The notes under the pieces: generated by a model
What the model was told of the DNA's origin: nothing
What the model saw: the letters and a program-made list of their open reading frames with translations, nothing else
Databases searched by the model: none
Position numbers and translations under genes: made by a program
Source: Octopus sinensis
Lineage: Eukaryota
Direction of reading: 5' to 3'
Assembly (NCBI RefSeq): GCF_006345805.1
Contig: NW_021833298.1
Location: forward strand, 1-64,000
DNA: 64,000 nucleotides
Shown here: positions 27,401 through 40,181 of the stretch, in pieces
Layout: each line of letters opens with the position of its first letter
How positions within the stretch are numbered: the first letter of the stretch is position 1

Positions 27401-30400
27401 GGCGTAGGGAGAAACTCCATAAGATGTACCCAGTCTAAGCTATGGACACATAAGAGGGGCAGAGGTATCAGAGGAAAGTTATCTGGGAAAATATTTTTTG
27501 TGTGTGGAAGGTGTAATAAACAGTAGAAATGTACAGAAAAGAGACTCCATCAAGTGACAGTGGGGAAAGTTAGAAGTAGTTGATAGCTCCTATTATCTAG
27601 GTGACCAAGTTAGTAGCGGAGGTGGATGCTCTGAAAGAATAGCTACTAGAATAAGACGAGGCCAGGCAAAGTGCAGAGAGCTTCTACTTCTGCTGGTAAC
27701 AAAAGACCATGAAGTTAGTGTGCTACACTGGATGTGCAATGCCATTGTGCGTGTACAACAGAGAGTAAGTGTCATGAGAGTCGAGAGAAAAAAATGGCCA
27801 TAAGAGGCATCAGATGTGGTGGTGGTGCAAGAGACACAACTGCATTGGTATGTGATGTGCACGGACAGGGACGGCTGTGTGAAGAAGTGATGATATCTAA
27901 CTTTGGAGGGAACCTGTGGAAGACCCAGGAAAACATGGGATGAGGTGGTGAAGCATGACCTTTGAATGTTTGGGCCTCACAGAGGCAATCACAACTGACC
28001 AAGACTTTTGGCAATATACTGTGTGTGAGGGGACTAATCAGGTCTAGTGGAATCGTAGCTGAAGCCATGCCAGTGTCATGTAAAGGCTAGCTGTGAATGG
28101 TCATCGTGGTCACTGCCATATACATAACACCCATGCATCATACTTGTGCTCATTGATGGTGCCATGTAAATTGGGACGTGGGAATCATGACCAATGGTGA
28201 TGCCGTGCAAATGGCACCTATGCATTGTGGTCATAGTCACTGTCGGTGCCATGTAAATTGCACCCATCCACGAATCATAGTTGTGGCTGTGGTCGGTCTC
28301 ATGTGAATGGCGCCCATACTGGTGGTATGTAAAGGTACCCATTACACTCCTGGAATGGTTAGCGTTAGCAAGAACATCCAGCTGTAGAAACCATGCCAAA
28401 TCAGACTGGAACCTGGTGCAGCTCCTCAGCTTATCATCCCCCAGTTAAAATGTCCAACCCATGCCAGCATGGAAAGCAGACGTTAAAATATGATGATGAT
28501 TTTGTTGTTCTAAACAGAAATGTTTTACAGATTTGAATAATAATAAACAACTTCTAGTGACTATTGGATTAACAGATCATGTGGTCATTGGATTAACACA
28601 GATCATGTGGTCATTGGATTAACACAGATCATGTGACAGAAGGATCAACACAGATCATGTGATAGCAGGAAGTCTGGTCTGAGTGAAGATATGGATGCCA
28701 TGAATGGAAAGAGAAATGTTCCAAGATTTGGTAGTTGCACAGTGTAATTCAGGTGGAATTTTGTAATTAACAAAAAAAAAAAAAACAGTAATATGGAAGA
28801 GGGGAGATTAATTATTATTTACAAGAGGGAAATCTGGGTGAGAACATACTGCAAGAAGCAACAAAACCACCCACAAGGCAGGGTGCCACAGGCACAAAAG
28901 ACTCTACACTGCACACAAGAGACTATGGTTGAGTCGAAATGTTCAGGGAATATCTACAATAGAGTCTACATCAATTTCAAACAACCAGAATCCATGCTTT
29001 GGAAACTGTACAGAATACCACAACACCAGACTGTCACACTGTAGCCCAAACTGCACATCACTGGACATCAAAGTACATGCTACTGTCTTGAAGCAGACGG
29101 AGGTGTTGTATGACTGGAAAAACATATCTGTGGATTGTGCATAGTTTTATGGACAATTCCATTCATGCCACAGGGATGCTGGATCAATGATTACCTAGGG
29201 TTGTACAACAACTCTTTCAATAAAACAATATCATATGATTGATACTTACTGAATCGGGGGAATCGTCATTCCAAAAGCGTAATGCCAGATGAAATACATT
29301 CTTACACTTGAGGTTGTATCCTTTAGTGATGGCTATTTCAGATGCAGAAATACCTCGAGGATATTTCTGGTTACATTCGCTTTGTATCTCTGAACCAGCA
29401 GCATTGAGAATAAATTTGGAGACAGCACCTCTCTGAAGCTGGAGCTGTTTATTGCTGCTGTTAACGATGACATCAACCTAGAAAAGTAATTAATGGTAAA
29501 CAACTAAGGAACATTCCGTAGAGAGAAGAGAGATACATTGTTGCAGTTGATATTGTTGTTAAGAAAGGCTCTACAGAATGGCTGTAGTAAGTTTGAGGTT
29601 GTTAAAGTTAGCAAAAGATATACTCAAGATATCAGATGTGAAGGAAATAAAATGTTTGAGTTTGATTGAGAAAATGTTTTAATTAACTTTAATGATTCCT
29701 CATTTGGAAATGAAATAACAATTAAATATAAATAAGTTACATGAATCTATTTACTCACAGATGCATTAGAAATTGAATCAATCAATAGTTGTATTTTGAT
29801 GCCAGCATTTTCTCTGGATGTCACAGTAGTTCTGTATAACATGGAGGATAATTTCTGTAGTGAACCAGGAAAGGATGGGTTTGGTGATGGGGTATCTGAA
29901 AATAAACAAATAGCAATATATATGTAAAACAACTCTCCTTTACAACTGTACACCTGTTTCTGTTCTATTTCTTGTTATCTCTCTCTCTCCCTCTTCCCCT
30001 ATCTCTCAGGCCAGGTAACCTTGTACCTCCTCCTCAGCAAGGCACATGTTTCTATCTCTCCATCTCACTCTAACATTTTATCATCTGACACAAGAACCTC
30101 TCCTGCAATGCCCCCTCTCCTCTCAAAGGATTCTTGTCTTGCAAGGTACTTGGTGACCCTGCCAGTGCTGGTGCCACTTAAAAAGCATCCACTCCACACT
30201 GTAAAGTGGTTGGTGTTTGGAAGGGCATCCAACAGTAGAAACCTTGCCAAAACTGACCTTGCCTGTGCTGGTGTCACATAAAAAGCAGTCAATCCACTCT
30301 GTGGGGTGGTTGGTGTTGGGAAGAGCATCCAGCCATAAAAACCATGTCAAAACAGACACAGATGTTTGGTGCGGTCTTCTTTCTGGCTAGCCCTGGTCAG

Positions 30401-33400
30401 ACCATCCAACCCATGCCAGCAGGGAAAAAAGCTGTTAAATGACAAAGAAGATGATGGCGATGATATATATATTATCATCATCATCATCATTTAGCATCTG
30501 TTGTCCAAGCTGGCATGGGTTGGACAGTTTGACCAGGTCTGGAAGGCTGCACCAGACCCCAATCTGATCTGGCATGGTGTCTACAGCTGGATGCCCTTCC
30601 TAATGCCAACCAATCCAAGAGTGTAGTGGGTGCTTTTACGTGCCACCAGCATGGGTGCCATTTGCACGACACTGGTATCTGCCCCGACTGCCATTTTACT
30701 TGGCTTCATGGCTCTTCTTCTTAAGCACGACATAATGCCAAAGCACTCTGTCATTACTTCTGTGAGGCCCAACATTTGAAAGGTTGGCACGTGTGCCAGT
30801 TATGTGACACCAGCATCAACCACGACCATGATTTCACTTGGCTTCACAGGTCCTCTCAAGCACAGGACATTGCCAAAGGTCTTGATCACTAGTCAATACC
30901 TCTGTGAGGCCCAAAGTTTGAAGATCATGCTTCACAACGTCGTCCCGTGTCTACCTCTACCACAGGTTCCCTCCACAGTTAGAAACCAGCACTTATTTAC
31001 ACAGCTGTCCTTGTCCAAACGCATCACATGACCATACCAGTGCAGGCTTCTCTCTTGCACCACCACATCTGATGCCTCTTACACCCAGCTTTTCTCTAAA
31101 GATGTTTACACTCTGTTGAACATGCACATGGACATTGCACAGCCAATGAAGCATACAAGCTTCATTTCTTTCAACCCTATGCATATCCTCAGCTGTAACA
31201 GTCCATGTTTCACTGCCATGTAGCATAGCCATTCACACACAATCTGCCTTTCACACACACACATGTATACACAAAACTTAAAGAATGGTATAGATAAGAT
31301 CCGGGCTACAAGCGGAATATCAGAAGTGGTAAATCTCCAAGCGAGGTGTATACTGCAGCCTACTCATCAGGCTGAGGGTATCTTGATTAAATAAATGTTT
31401 ACATTGTAATAAGGAGGTACACGTTAACACATGGAAGACTCAGTCAGAATGAATAGAGAGCACAGAAGGAGAGGAGAACATAAATGGGGAGAGAAAGAAG
31501 AAGAAAAGAAAAAAAACATGTGAAGTGAGAGGAGTGAGGAATATAAATAAGGTCATTTGTCCAGTAGTATTCAATAAAGCTGCTAAGGTGGTATTTCATC
31601 TGTCTGTACGTTCTGAGTTCAAATTCCGCCGAGGTCGACTTTGCCTTTCATCCTTTCGGGGTCGATTAAATAAGTACCAGTTACGCACAGGGGTCGATAT
31701 AATCGACTTAATCCATTTGTCTGTCCTTGTTTGTCCTCTCTGTGTTTAGCCCCTTGTGGGTAGTAAAGAAATAGGTATTTCGTCTGTTTTTACATTCTGA
31801 GTTCAAACTCCAGTGAGGTCGACTTTGCATTTCATCCTTCCGGGGTCAATAAATTAAGTACCAGTTGTGTACTGGGGTCGATCTAATTGATTGGCCCCCT
31901 TCCACAAAAAATTTGGGCCTTGTGCCTAGAGTAGAAAGGATTATTCAATAGGGCTGCTTTGGTCGAATTGCAGAAGGGGAGAGGTATTAGAAAGGTAATG
32001 TGTGGGGAAGAGGGTGGGGAAATGTTTTTAGTGAAGAGGGAGACAAAAGTATGAAGAAAGCAAGAGAGAATGGAGAAGAATCATGGCGGCTACCACATGT
32101 GTCCAATTCGTGAATGTATATTGTGTGCTGGGAGCATGTTTACAGTATGAAGTAGGGGAGGTGTCTGTTGGCGGCTGTACCTGTAAGGTTATGAGCAGGA
32201 GTGGGGCGGCAGGTGAGATAATAGGAAAAAATGTTTAAATGGTATGGGAAAAATACAGAGAGAAGCAAGTAAATGGTAACATGGAATTAAAGGGAAGACA
32301 TATTGCCGGTTTAATAATATGGCAGTAGTAAGGGGGGCATAAGAGGGAAAATTTATGAAGGCTGGGGGGGATGCGGAGTGTGGTTGTTGTGTTTAGAAAA
32401 TGGATTTGGTGATCAAGTTTTCTCAAATAAGAGACGGAGATTGGTTTGTTGGGGTAGGATGTGTGAAAAGTTTTCTTGTTAGGTGTGGGTGGAGCACACA
32501 GATCTGGGGCTAGGGGATAGCAGTGAGACAGGGCCAGGAGGACAGGACTGGGGAGTGGGAGGTAAGACTAGTGCATGAAGGAGGAGATGTGAGGAAGAGA
32601 TGTAGTTTGGTTTGTTGTGGTAGGGCGTGCGAGAAGTTTTCATTTTAAGTGTGGGTGGAGCACACAGATCTGGGGCTAGGGGATAGCAGTGAGACAGGGC
32701 CAGGAGGACAGGACTGGGGAGTGGGAGGTAAGCCTAGTGTATGAAGGAGGAGATGTGAGGAAGAGATGTAGTTTGGTTTGTTGGGGTAGGGCGTGCGAGA
32801 AGTTTTCTTGTTAGGTGTGGGTGGAGCACACAGATCAGGGGCTAGGGGATAGCAGTGAGACAGGGCCAGGAGGACAGGACTGGGGAGTGGGAGGTAAGCC
32901 TAGTGCATGAAGGAGGAGATGTGAGGAAGAGATGTAGTTTGGTTTGTTGTGGTAGGGCGTGCGAGAAGTTTTCATTTTAAGTGTGGGTGGAGCACACAGA
33001 TCTGGGGCTAGGGGATAGCAGTGAGACAGGGCCAGGAGGACAGGACTAGGGAGTGGGAGGTAAGCCTAGTGCATGAAGGAGGAGATGTGAGGAAGAGATG
33101 TAGTTTGGTTTGTTGGGGTAGGGCGTTCGAGAAGTTTTCTTGTTAGGTGTGGGTGGAGCACACAGATCTGGGGCTAGGGGATAGCAGTGAGACAGGGCCA
33201 GGAGGACAGGACTGGGGAGTGGGAGGTAAGCCTAGTGCATGAAGAGGAGATGTGAGGAAGAGATGTAGTTTGGTTTGTTGTGGTAGGGCATGCGACAAGT
33301 TTTCTTGTTAGGTGTGTGGGTGGAGCACACAGATCTGGGGCTAGGGGATAGCAGTGAGACAGGGCCAGGAGGACAGGACTTGGGAGTGGGAGGTAAGCCT

Positions 33401-36400
33401 AGATTATGAAGGAGGAGATGTGAGGAAGAGATGTAGTTTGGTTTGTTGTGGTAGGGCATGCAAGAAGTTTCCGTGTTAAGTGTGGGTGGAGCACACAGAT
33501 CTGGGGCTAGGGGATAGCAGTGAGACAGGGCCAGGAGGACAGGACTGGGGAGTGGGAGGTAAGCCTAGATTATGAAGGAGGAGATGTGAGGAAGAGATGT
33601 AGTTTGGTTTGTTGTGGTAGGGCATGCGAGAAGTTTCCGTGTTAAGTGTGGGTGGAGAACACAGATCTGGGGCTAGGGGATAGCAGTGAGACGGGCCAGG
33701 AGGACAGGACTGGGGAGTGGGAGGTAAGCCTAGAGTATGAAGGAGGAGATGTGAGGAAGAGATGTAGTTTGGTTTGTTGTGGTAGGGCATGCGAGAAGTT
33801 TTCGTGTTAAGTGTGGGTGGAGCACACAGATCTGGGGCTAGGGGATAGCAGTGAGACCGGGCCAGGAGGACAGGACTGGGAAGTGGGAGGTAAGCCTAGA
33901 GTATGAAGGAGGAGATGTGAGGAAGAGATGTAGTTTGGTTTGTTGTGGTAGGGCATGCGAGAAGTTTCCGTGTTAAGTGTGGGTGGAGACACACAGATCT
34001 GGGGCTAGGGGGTAGCAGTGAGACAGGGCCAGGAGGACAGGACTGGGGAGTGGGAGGTAAGCCTAGAGCATGAAGGAGGAGATGTGAGGAAGAGATGTAG
34101 TTTGGTTTGTTGTGGTAGGGCATTCGAGAAGTTTTCATGTTAAGTGTGGATGGAGCACACAAATCGGGGGCTAGGGGATAGCAGTGAGACAGGCCAGGAG
34201 TACAGGACTGGGGAGTGGGATGTAAGCCTAGAGCATGAAGGAGGAGATGTGAGGAAGAGATGTAGTTTGGTTTGTTGTGGTAGGGCATGCGAGAAGTTTC
34301 CGTGTTAGTGTGGGTGGAGCACACAGATCTGGGGCTAGGGGATAGCAGTGAGACAGGGCCAGGAGGACAGGACTGGGGAGTGGGAGGTAAGCCTAGAGCA
34401 TGAAGGAGGAGAGGTGAGGAAGAGATGTAGTTTGGTTTGTGGTGGTAGGGCATGCGAGAAGTTTTCGTGTTAAGTGTGGGTGGAGCACACAGATCTGGGG
34501 CTAGGGGATAGCAGTGAGTCAGGGCCAGGAGGACAGGACTGGGGAGTGGGAGGTAAGCCTAGAGCATGAAGGAGGAGATGTGAAGAAGAGATGTAGTTTG
34601 GTTTGTTGTGGTAGGGCATGCGAGAAGTTTCCGTGTTAAATGTGGGTGGAGCACACAGATCTGGGGCTAGGGGATAGCAGTGAGACAGGGCCAGGAGGAC
34701 AGGACTGGGGAGTGGGAGGGAAGCCTAGAGCATGAGGAGGAGAGGTGAGGAAGAGATGTAGTTTGGTTGTGGTGGTAGGGCATGCGAGAAGTTTCCGTGT
34801 TAAATGTGGGTGGAGCACACAGATCTGGGGCTAGGGGATAGCAGTGAGTCAGGGCCAGGAGGACAGGACTGGGGAGTGGGAGGTAAGCCTAGAGCATGAA
34901 GGAGGAGATGTGAAGAAGAGATGTAGTTTGTTTGTTGTGGTAGGGCATGCGAGAAGTTTCCATGTTAAATGTGGGTGGAGCACACAGATCTGGGGCTAGG
35001 GGATAGCAGTGAGACAGGGCCAGGAGGACAGGACTGGGGAGTGGGAGGTAAGCCTAGAGCATGAAGGAGGAGATGTGAAGAAGAGATGTAGTTTGTTTGT
35101 TGTGGTAGGGCATGCGAGAAGTTTCCGTGTTAAGTGTGGGTGGAGCACACAGATCTGGGGCTAGGGGATAGCAGTGAGACAGGGCCAGGAGGACAGGACT
35201 GGGGAGTGGGAGGTAAGCCTAGTGCATGAAGGAGGAGATGTGAGGAAGAGATATAGTTTGGTTTGTTGTGGTAGGGTAGGGCGTTTGAGAAGTTTCCGTG
35301 TTAAGTGTGGGTGGAGCACACAAATGAGGGGCTAGGGGATAGCAGTGAGACAGGTCCAGGAGGACAGGACTGGGGAGTGGGATGTAAGCCTAGAGCATGA
35401 AGGAGGAGATGTGAGGAAGAGATGTAGTTTGGTTTGGGTGGTAGGGCATGCGAGAAGTTTCGTGTTAAGTGTGGGTGGAGCACACAGACCTGGGGCTAGG
35501 GGATAGCAGTGAGTCAGGGCCAGGAGGACAGGACTGGGGAGTGGGATGTAAGCCTAGAGCATGAAGGAGGAGATGTGAGGAAAGATGTAGTTTGGTTTTT
35601 GGTGGTAGGGCGTGCGAGAAGTTCTCTTGTTAGGTGTGGGTGGAGCACAAGATCTGGGGCTAGGGGATAGCAGTGAGACAGGCCAGGAGGACAGGACTGG
35701 GGAGTGGGAGGTAAGCCTAGTGCATGAAGGAGGAGATGTGAGGAAGAGATATAGTTTGGTTTGTTGTGGTAGGGCGTTCGAGAAGTTTTCCGTGTTAGGT
35801 GTGGGTGGAGCACACAGATCGGGGCTAGGGGATAGCAGTGAGACAGGGCCAGGAGGACAGGACTTGGGAGTGGGAGGTAAGCCTAGATTATGAAGGAGGA
35901 GATGGAGGAAGAGATGTAGTTTGGTTTGTTGTGGTAGGGCGTGCAGAAGTTTCCGTGTTAAGTGTGGGTTGGAGAACACAGATCTGGGGCTAGGGGATAG
36001 CAGTGAGACAGGGCCAGAGGACAGGACTGGGGTTGAGAGTAAGCCTAGTGCAGAAGGAGGAGATGTGAGGAAGAGATATAGTTTTGTGTGGTTGTGGTAG
36101 GGCGTTCGAGAAGTTTCCGTGTTAGGTGTGGGTGGAGCACACAAATCAGGGGCTAGGGGATAGCAGTGAGACAGGGCCAGGAGGACAGTATTGGGGAGTG
36201 GGAGGTAAGCCTAGTGCATGAAGGAGGAGATGTGAGGAAGAGATGTAGTTTGGTTTGTTGGGGTAGGGCATGCGAGAAGTTTTCTTGTTAGGTGTGGGTG
36301 GAGCACACAGATCTGGGGCTAGGGGATAGCTGAGACAGGGCCAGGTGGACAGGATTGGGGAGTGGGAGGTAAGCCTAGTGCATGAAGGAGGAGATGTGAG

Positions 36401-39400
36401 GAAGAGATGTAGTTTGGTTTGTTGTGGTAGGGCATGCGAGAAGTTTTCTTGTTAGGTGTGGTGGAGCACACAGATCAGGGGCTAGGGTATAGCAGTGAGA
36501 CAGGGCCAGGAGGACAGGACTGGGGAGTGGGAGGTAAGCCTAGAGCATGAAGGAGGAGATGTGAGGAAGAGATGTAGTTTGGTTTGTTGTGGTAGGGCGT
36601 GCGAGAAGTTTTCGTGTTAAGTGTGGGTGGAGAACACAGATCAGGGGCTAGGGAATAGCAGTGAGACGGGCCAGGGGACAGGATTGGGGAGTGGGAGGTA
36701 AGCCTAGTGCATGAAGGAGGAGATGTGAGGAAGAGATGTAGTTTGGTTTGTTGTGGTAGGGCATGCGAGAAGTTTTCTTGTTAGGTGTGGGTGGAGCACA
36801 CAGATCAGGGGCTAGGGTATAGCAGTGAGACAGGGCCAGGAGGACAGGACTGGGGAGTGGGAGGTAAGCCTAGAGCATGAAGGAGGAGATGTGAGGAAGA
36901 GATGTAGTTTGGTTTGTTGTGGTAGGGCGTGCGAGAAGTTTTCGTGTTAAGTGTGGGTGGAGAACACAGATCAGGGGCTAGGGAATAGCAGTGAGACAGG
37001 GCCAGGAGGACAGGATTGGGGAGTGGGAGGTAAGCCTAGTGCATGAAGGAGGAGATGTGAGGAAGAGATGTAGTTTGGTTTGTTGTGGTAGGGCGTGCGA
37101 GAAGTTTTCTTGTTAAGTGTGGGTGGAGCACACAGACCTGGGGCTAGGGGATAGCAGTGAGTCAGGGCCAGGAGGACAGGACTGGGGAGTGGGATGTAAG
37201 CCTAGAGCATGAAGGAGGAGATGTGAGGAAGAGATGTAGTTTGGTTTGTGGTGGTAGGGCGTGCGAGAAGTTCTCTTGTTAGGTGTGGGTGGAGCACACA
37301 GATCTGGGGCTAGGGGATAGCAGTGAGACAGGGCCAGGAGGACAGGACTGGGGAGTGGGAGGTAAGCCTAGTGCATGAAGGAGGAGATGTGAGGAAGAGA
37401 TATAGTTTGGTTTGTTGTGGTAGGGCGTTCGAGAAGTTTCCGTGTTAGGTGTGGGTGGAGCACACAGATCTGGGACTAGGGGATAGCAGTGAGACAGGGC
37501 CAGGAGGACAGGACTTGGGAGTGGGAGGTAAGCCTAGATTATGAAGGAGGAGATGTGAGGAAGAGATGTAGTTTGGTTTGTGTGGTAGGGCGTGCGAGAA
37601 GTTTCCGTGTTAAGTGTGGGTGGAGAACACAGATCTGGGGCTAGGGGATAGCAGTGAGACAGGGCCAGGAGGACAGGACTGGGGAGTGAGAGGTAAGCCT
37701 AGTGCATGAAGGAGGAGATGTGAGGAAGAGATATAGTTTGGTTTGTTGTGGTAGGGCGTTTGAGAAGTTTCCGTGTTAAGTGTGGGTGGAGCACACAAAT
37801 GAGGGGCTAGGGGATAGCAGTGAGACAGGTCCAGGAGGACAGGACTGGGGAGTGGGATGTAAGCCTAGAGCATGAAGGAGGAGATGTGAGGAAGTGATGT
37901 AGTTTGGTTTGTTGTGGTAGGGCGTGCGAGAAGTTCTCTTGTTAGGTGTGGGTGGAGCACACAGATCTGGGGCTAGGCGATAGCAGTGAGACAGGGCCAA
38001 GAGGACAGGACTGGGGAGTGGGAGGTAAGCCTAGTGCATGAAGGAGGAGATGTGAGGAAGAGATATAGTTTGGTTGTTGTGGTAGGGCGTTCGAGAAGTT
38101 TCCGTGTTAGGTGTGGGTGGAGCACACAAATCAGGGGCTAGGGGATAGCAGTGAGACAGGGCCAGGAGGACAGGACTGGGGAGTGGGATGTAAGCCTAGA
38201 GCATGAAGGAGGAGATTTGAGGAAGAGATGTAGTTTGGTTTGTTGTGGTAGGGCGTGCGAGAAGTTCTCTTGTTAGGTGTGGGTGGAGCACACAGATCTG
38301 GGGCTAGGCGATAGCAGTGAGAGAGGGCCAGGAGGACAGGACTGGGGAGTGGGAGGTAAGCCTAGTGCATGAAGGAGGCGATGTGAGGAAGAGATATAGT
38401 TTGGTTTGTTGTGGTAGGGCGTTCGAGAAGTTTCCGTGTTAAGTGTGGGTGGAGCACACAGATCAGGGGCTCGGGGATAGCAGTGAGACAGGGCCAGGAG
38501 GACAGGACTGGGGAGTGGGAGTTAAGCCTAGTGCATGAAGGAGGAGATGTGAGGAAGAGATGTAGTTTGGTTTGTTGTGGTAGGGCGTTCGAGAAGTTTC
38601 CGTGTTAAGTGTGGGTGGAGCACACAGATCAGGGGCTCGGGGATAGCAGTGAGACAGGGCCAGGAGGACAGGACTGGGGAGTGGGATGTAAGCCTAGTGC
38701 ATGAAGGAGGAGATGTGAGGAAGAGATGTAGTTTGGTTTGTTGTGGTAGGGCGTTCGAGAAGTTTCTGTGTTAAGTGTGGGTGGGACACAGAGCACTTCC
38801 AGAATTCAGTTTTTACTGATGTGGCTGGGTCTTCTGAAGAACTTCATATCGCCAGACATCTTGGTAAATTGTCATTTCCTCCACGAGGCCCATCTTCCTG
38901 AGATCGGTCCTCACCATTTCATCCTGCATCTTCCTCGGTCTTCCTCTTTAACAGGTACCATCCACTTTCAGTGATCTGCACATCTTTATTCCAGCTGTCC
39001 TCATTCATACACCTCACATCTCCAAACCAATGTAGTCTTCTTGCAAGCTACATTTGAGTCCTGTTATGCCCAACTTTTCTCTCAATACATTTGCACTTTG
39101 CCGTACATGAACTTATGAAAAGAAGCGGTGTCAGTCAGAAGCAAACATCTGTTTGCTGTTCTCACTGAAAATACTGAAGAAATTTTGGGCCATATATCTC
39201 CTTAATATAAGAGTACGAACCCTTGGCATCATTTCTGTCAGCTGCTTCTTGTGCCCCTTTTGCTCTATCATTCTACCATTCCTGTTTAATTTTCTTTGGA
39301 GCAGTCTTCACTTTCCCTTTCAGCTTTCTGTAAGCTTTGAGTTGGGGTTCAAGGACTGAGAAAGAAGTGTATTGCCTAAGTTTTTTTTTCTAAAAGTAGA

Positions 39401-40139
39401 TCATGAATTTCTGCTGATCTGAGAACCAGTCACTGGACATATGTGATTTAAATCCCACTGACAAACTTTTGTTTTGAAATCTTCCCATAGATTGTTTGGG
39501 CCAAGATTGATACTTTCTATAGCATTACTCTTTTACTCTTTTACTTGTTTCAGTCATTCGACTGCAGCCATGCTGGAGCACCGCCTTTAGTCGAGCAAAT
39601 CAACCCCGGGACTTATTCTTTGTAAGCCCAGTACTTATTCTATCGGTCTCTTTTGCCGAAGCGCTAAGTGACGGGAACGTAAACACACCAGAATCGGTTG
39701 TCAAGCAATGCTAGGGGAACAAACACAAACACACATACATACACATATATACGACAGGCTTCTTTCAGTTTCCGTCTACCAAATCCACTCACAAGGCATT
39801 GGTCAGCCCGGGGCTATAGCAGAAGACACTTGCCCAAGATGCCACGCAGTGGGACTGAACCCGGAACCATGTAGTTGGTTAGCAAGCTACTTACCACACA
39901 GCCACTCCTGCGCCTATATGGAATCTTTGCAAGTTGCTTGGTAATTAGAAGTTTGCAACATTTAACTTTTTGGGTACCTTAGGACCAGACTGTCGACTTT
40001 TAGACATTATGAAAAATTCCTTTTTCCACACACTAGACGATGGTCAGTCCAGCTCTCTGTTCCTCTCATGGCCCAAATCCAGGTTGTGCTGGATTACATG
40101 TTACCAGCAGCACTCAAGAGCAACCTGACATATATATAT

Positions 40140-40181
<42 letters not shown>

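Noticed and set aside
33232-38774. Many Pro/Ser/His-rich ORFs
   Set aside because: Translations of the 166-bp satellite; the period is not a multiple of 3 and frames break between units.
32452-38785. CRISPR-like array
   Set aside because: Eukaryotic context, and units are repeated in full with no unique spacers. The same applies to the 61-bp and 56-bp arrays.
39166-39380. Possible exon ending at a GTGAG donor
   Set aside because: The best frame has a stop and resembles the RTE/BovB linker.
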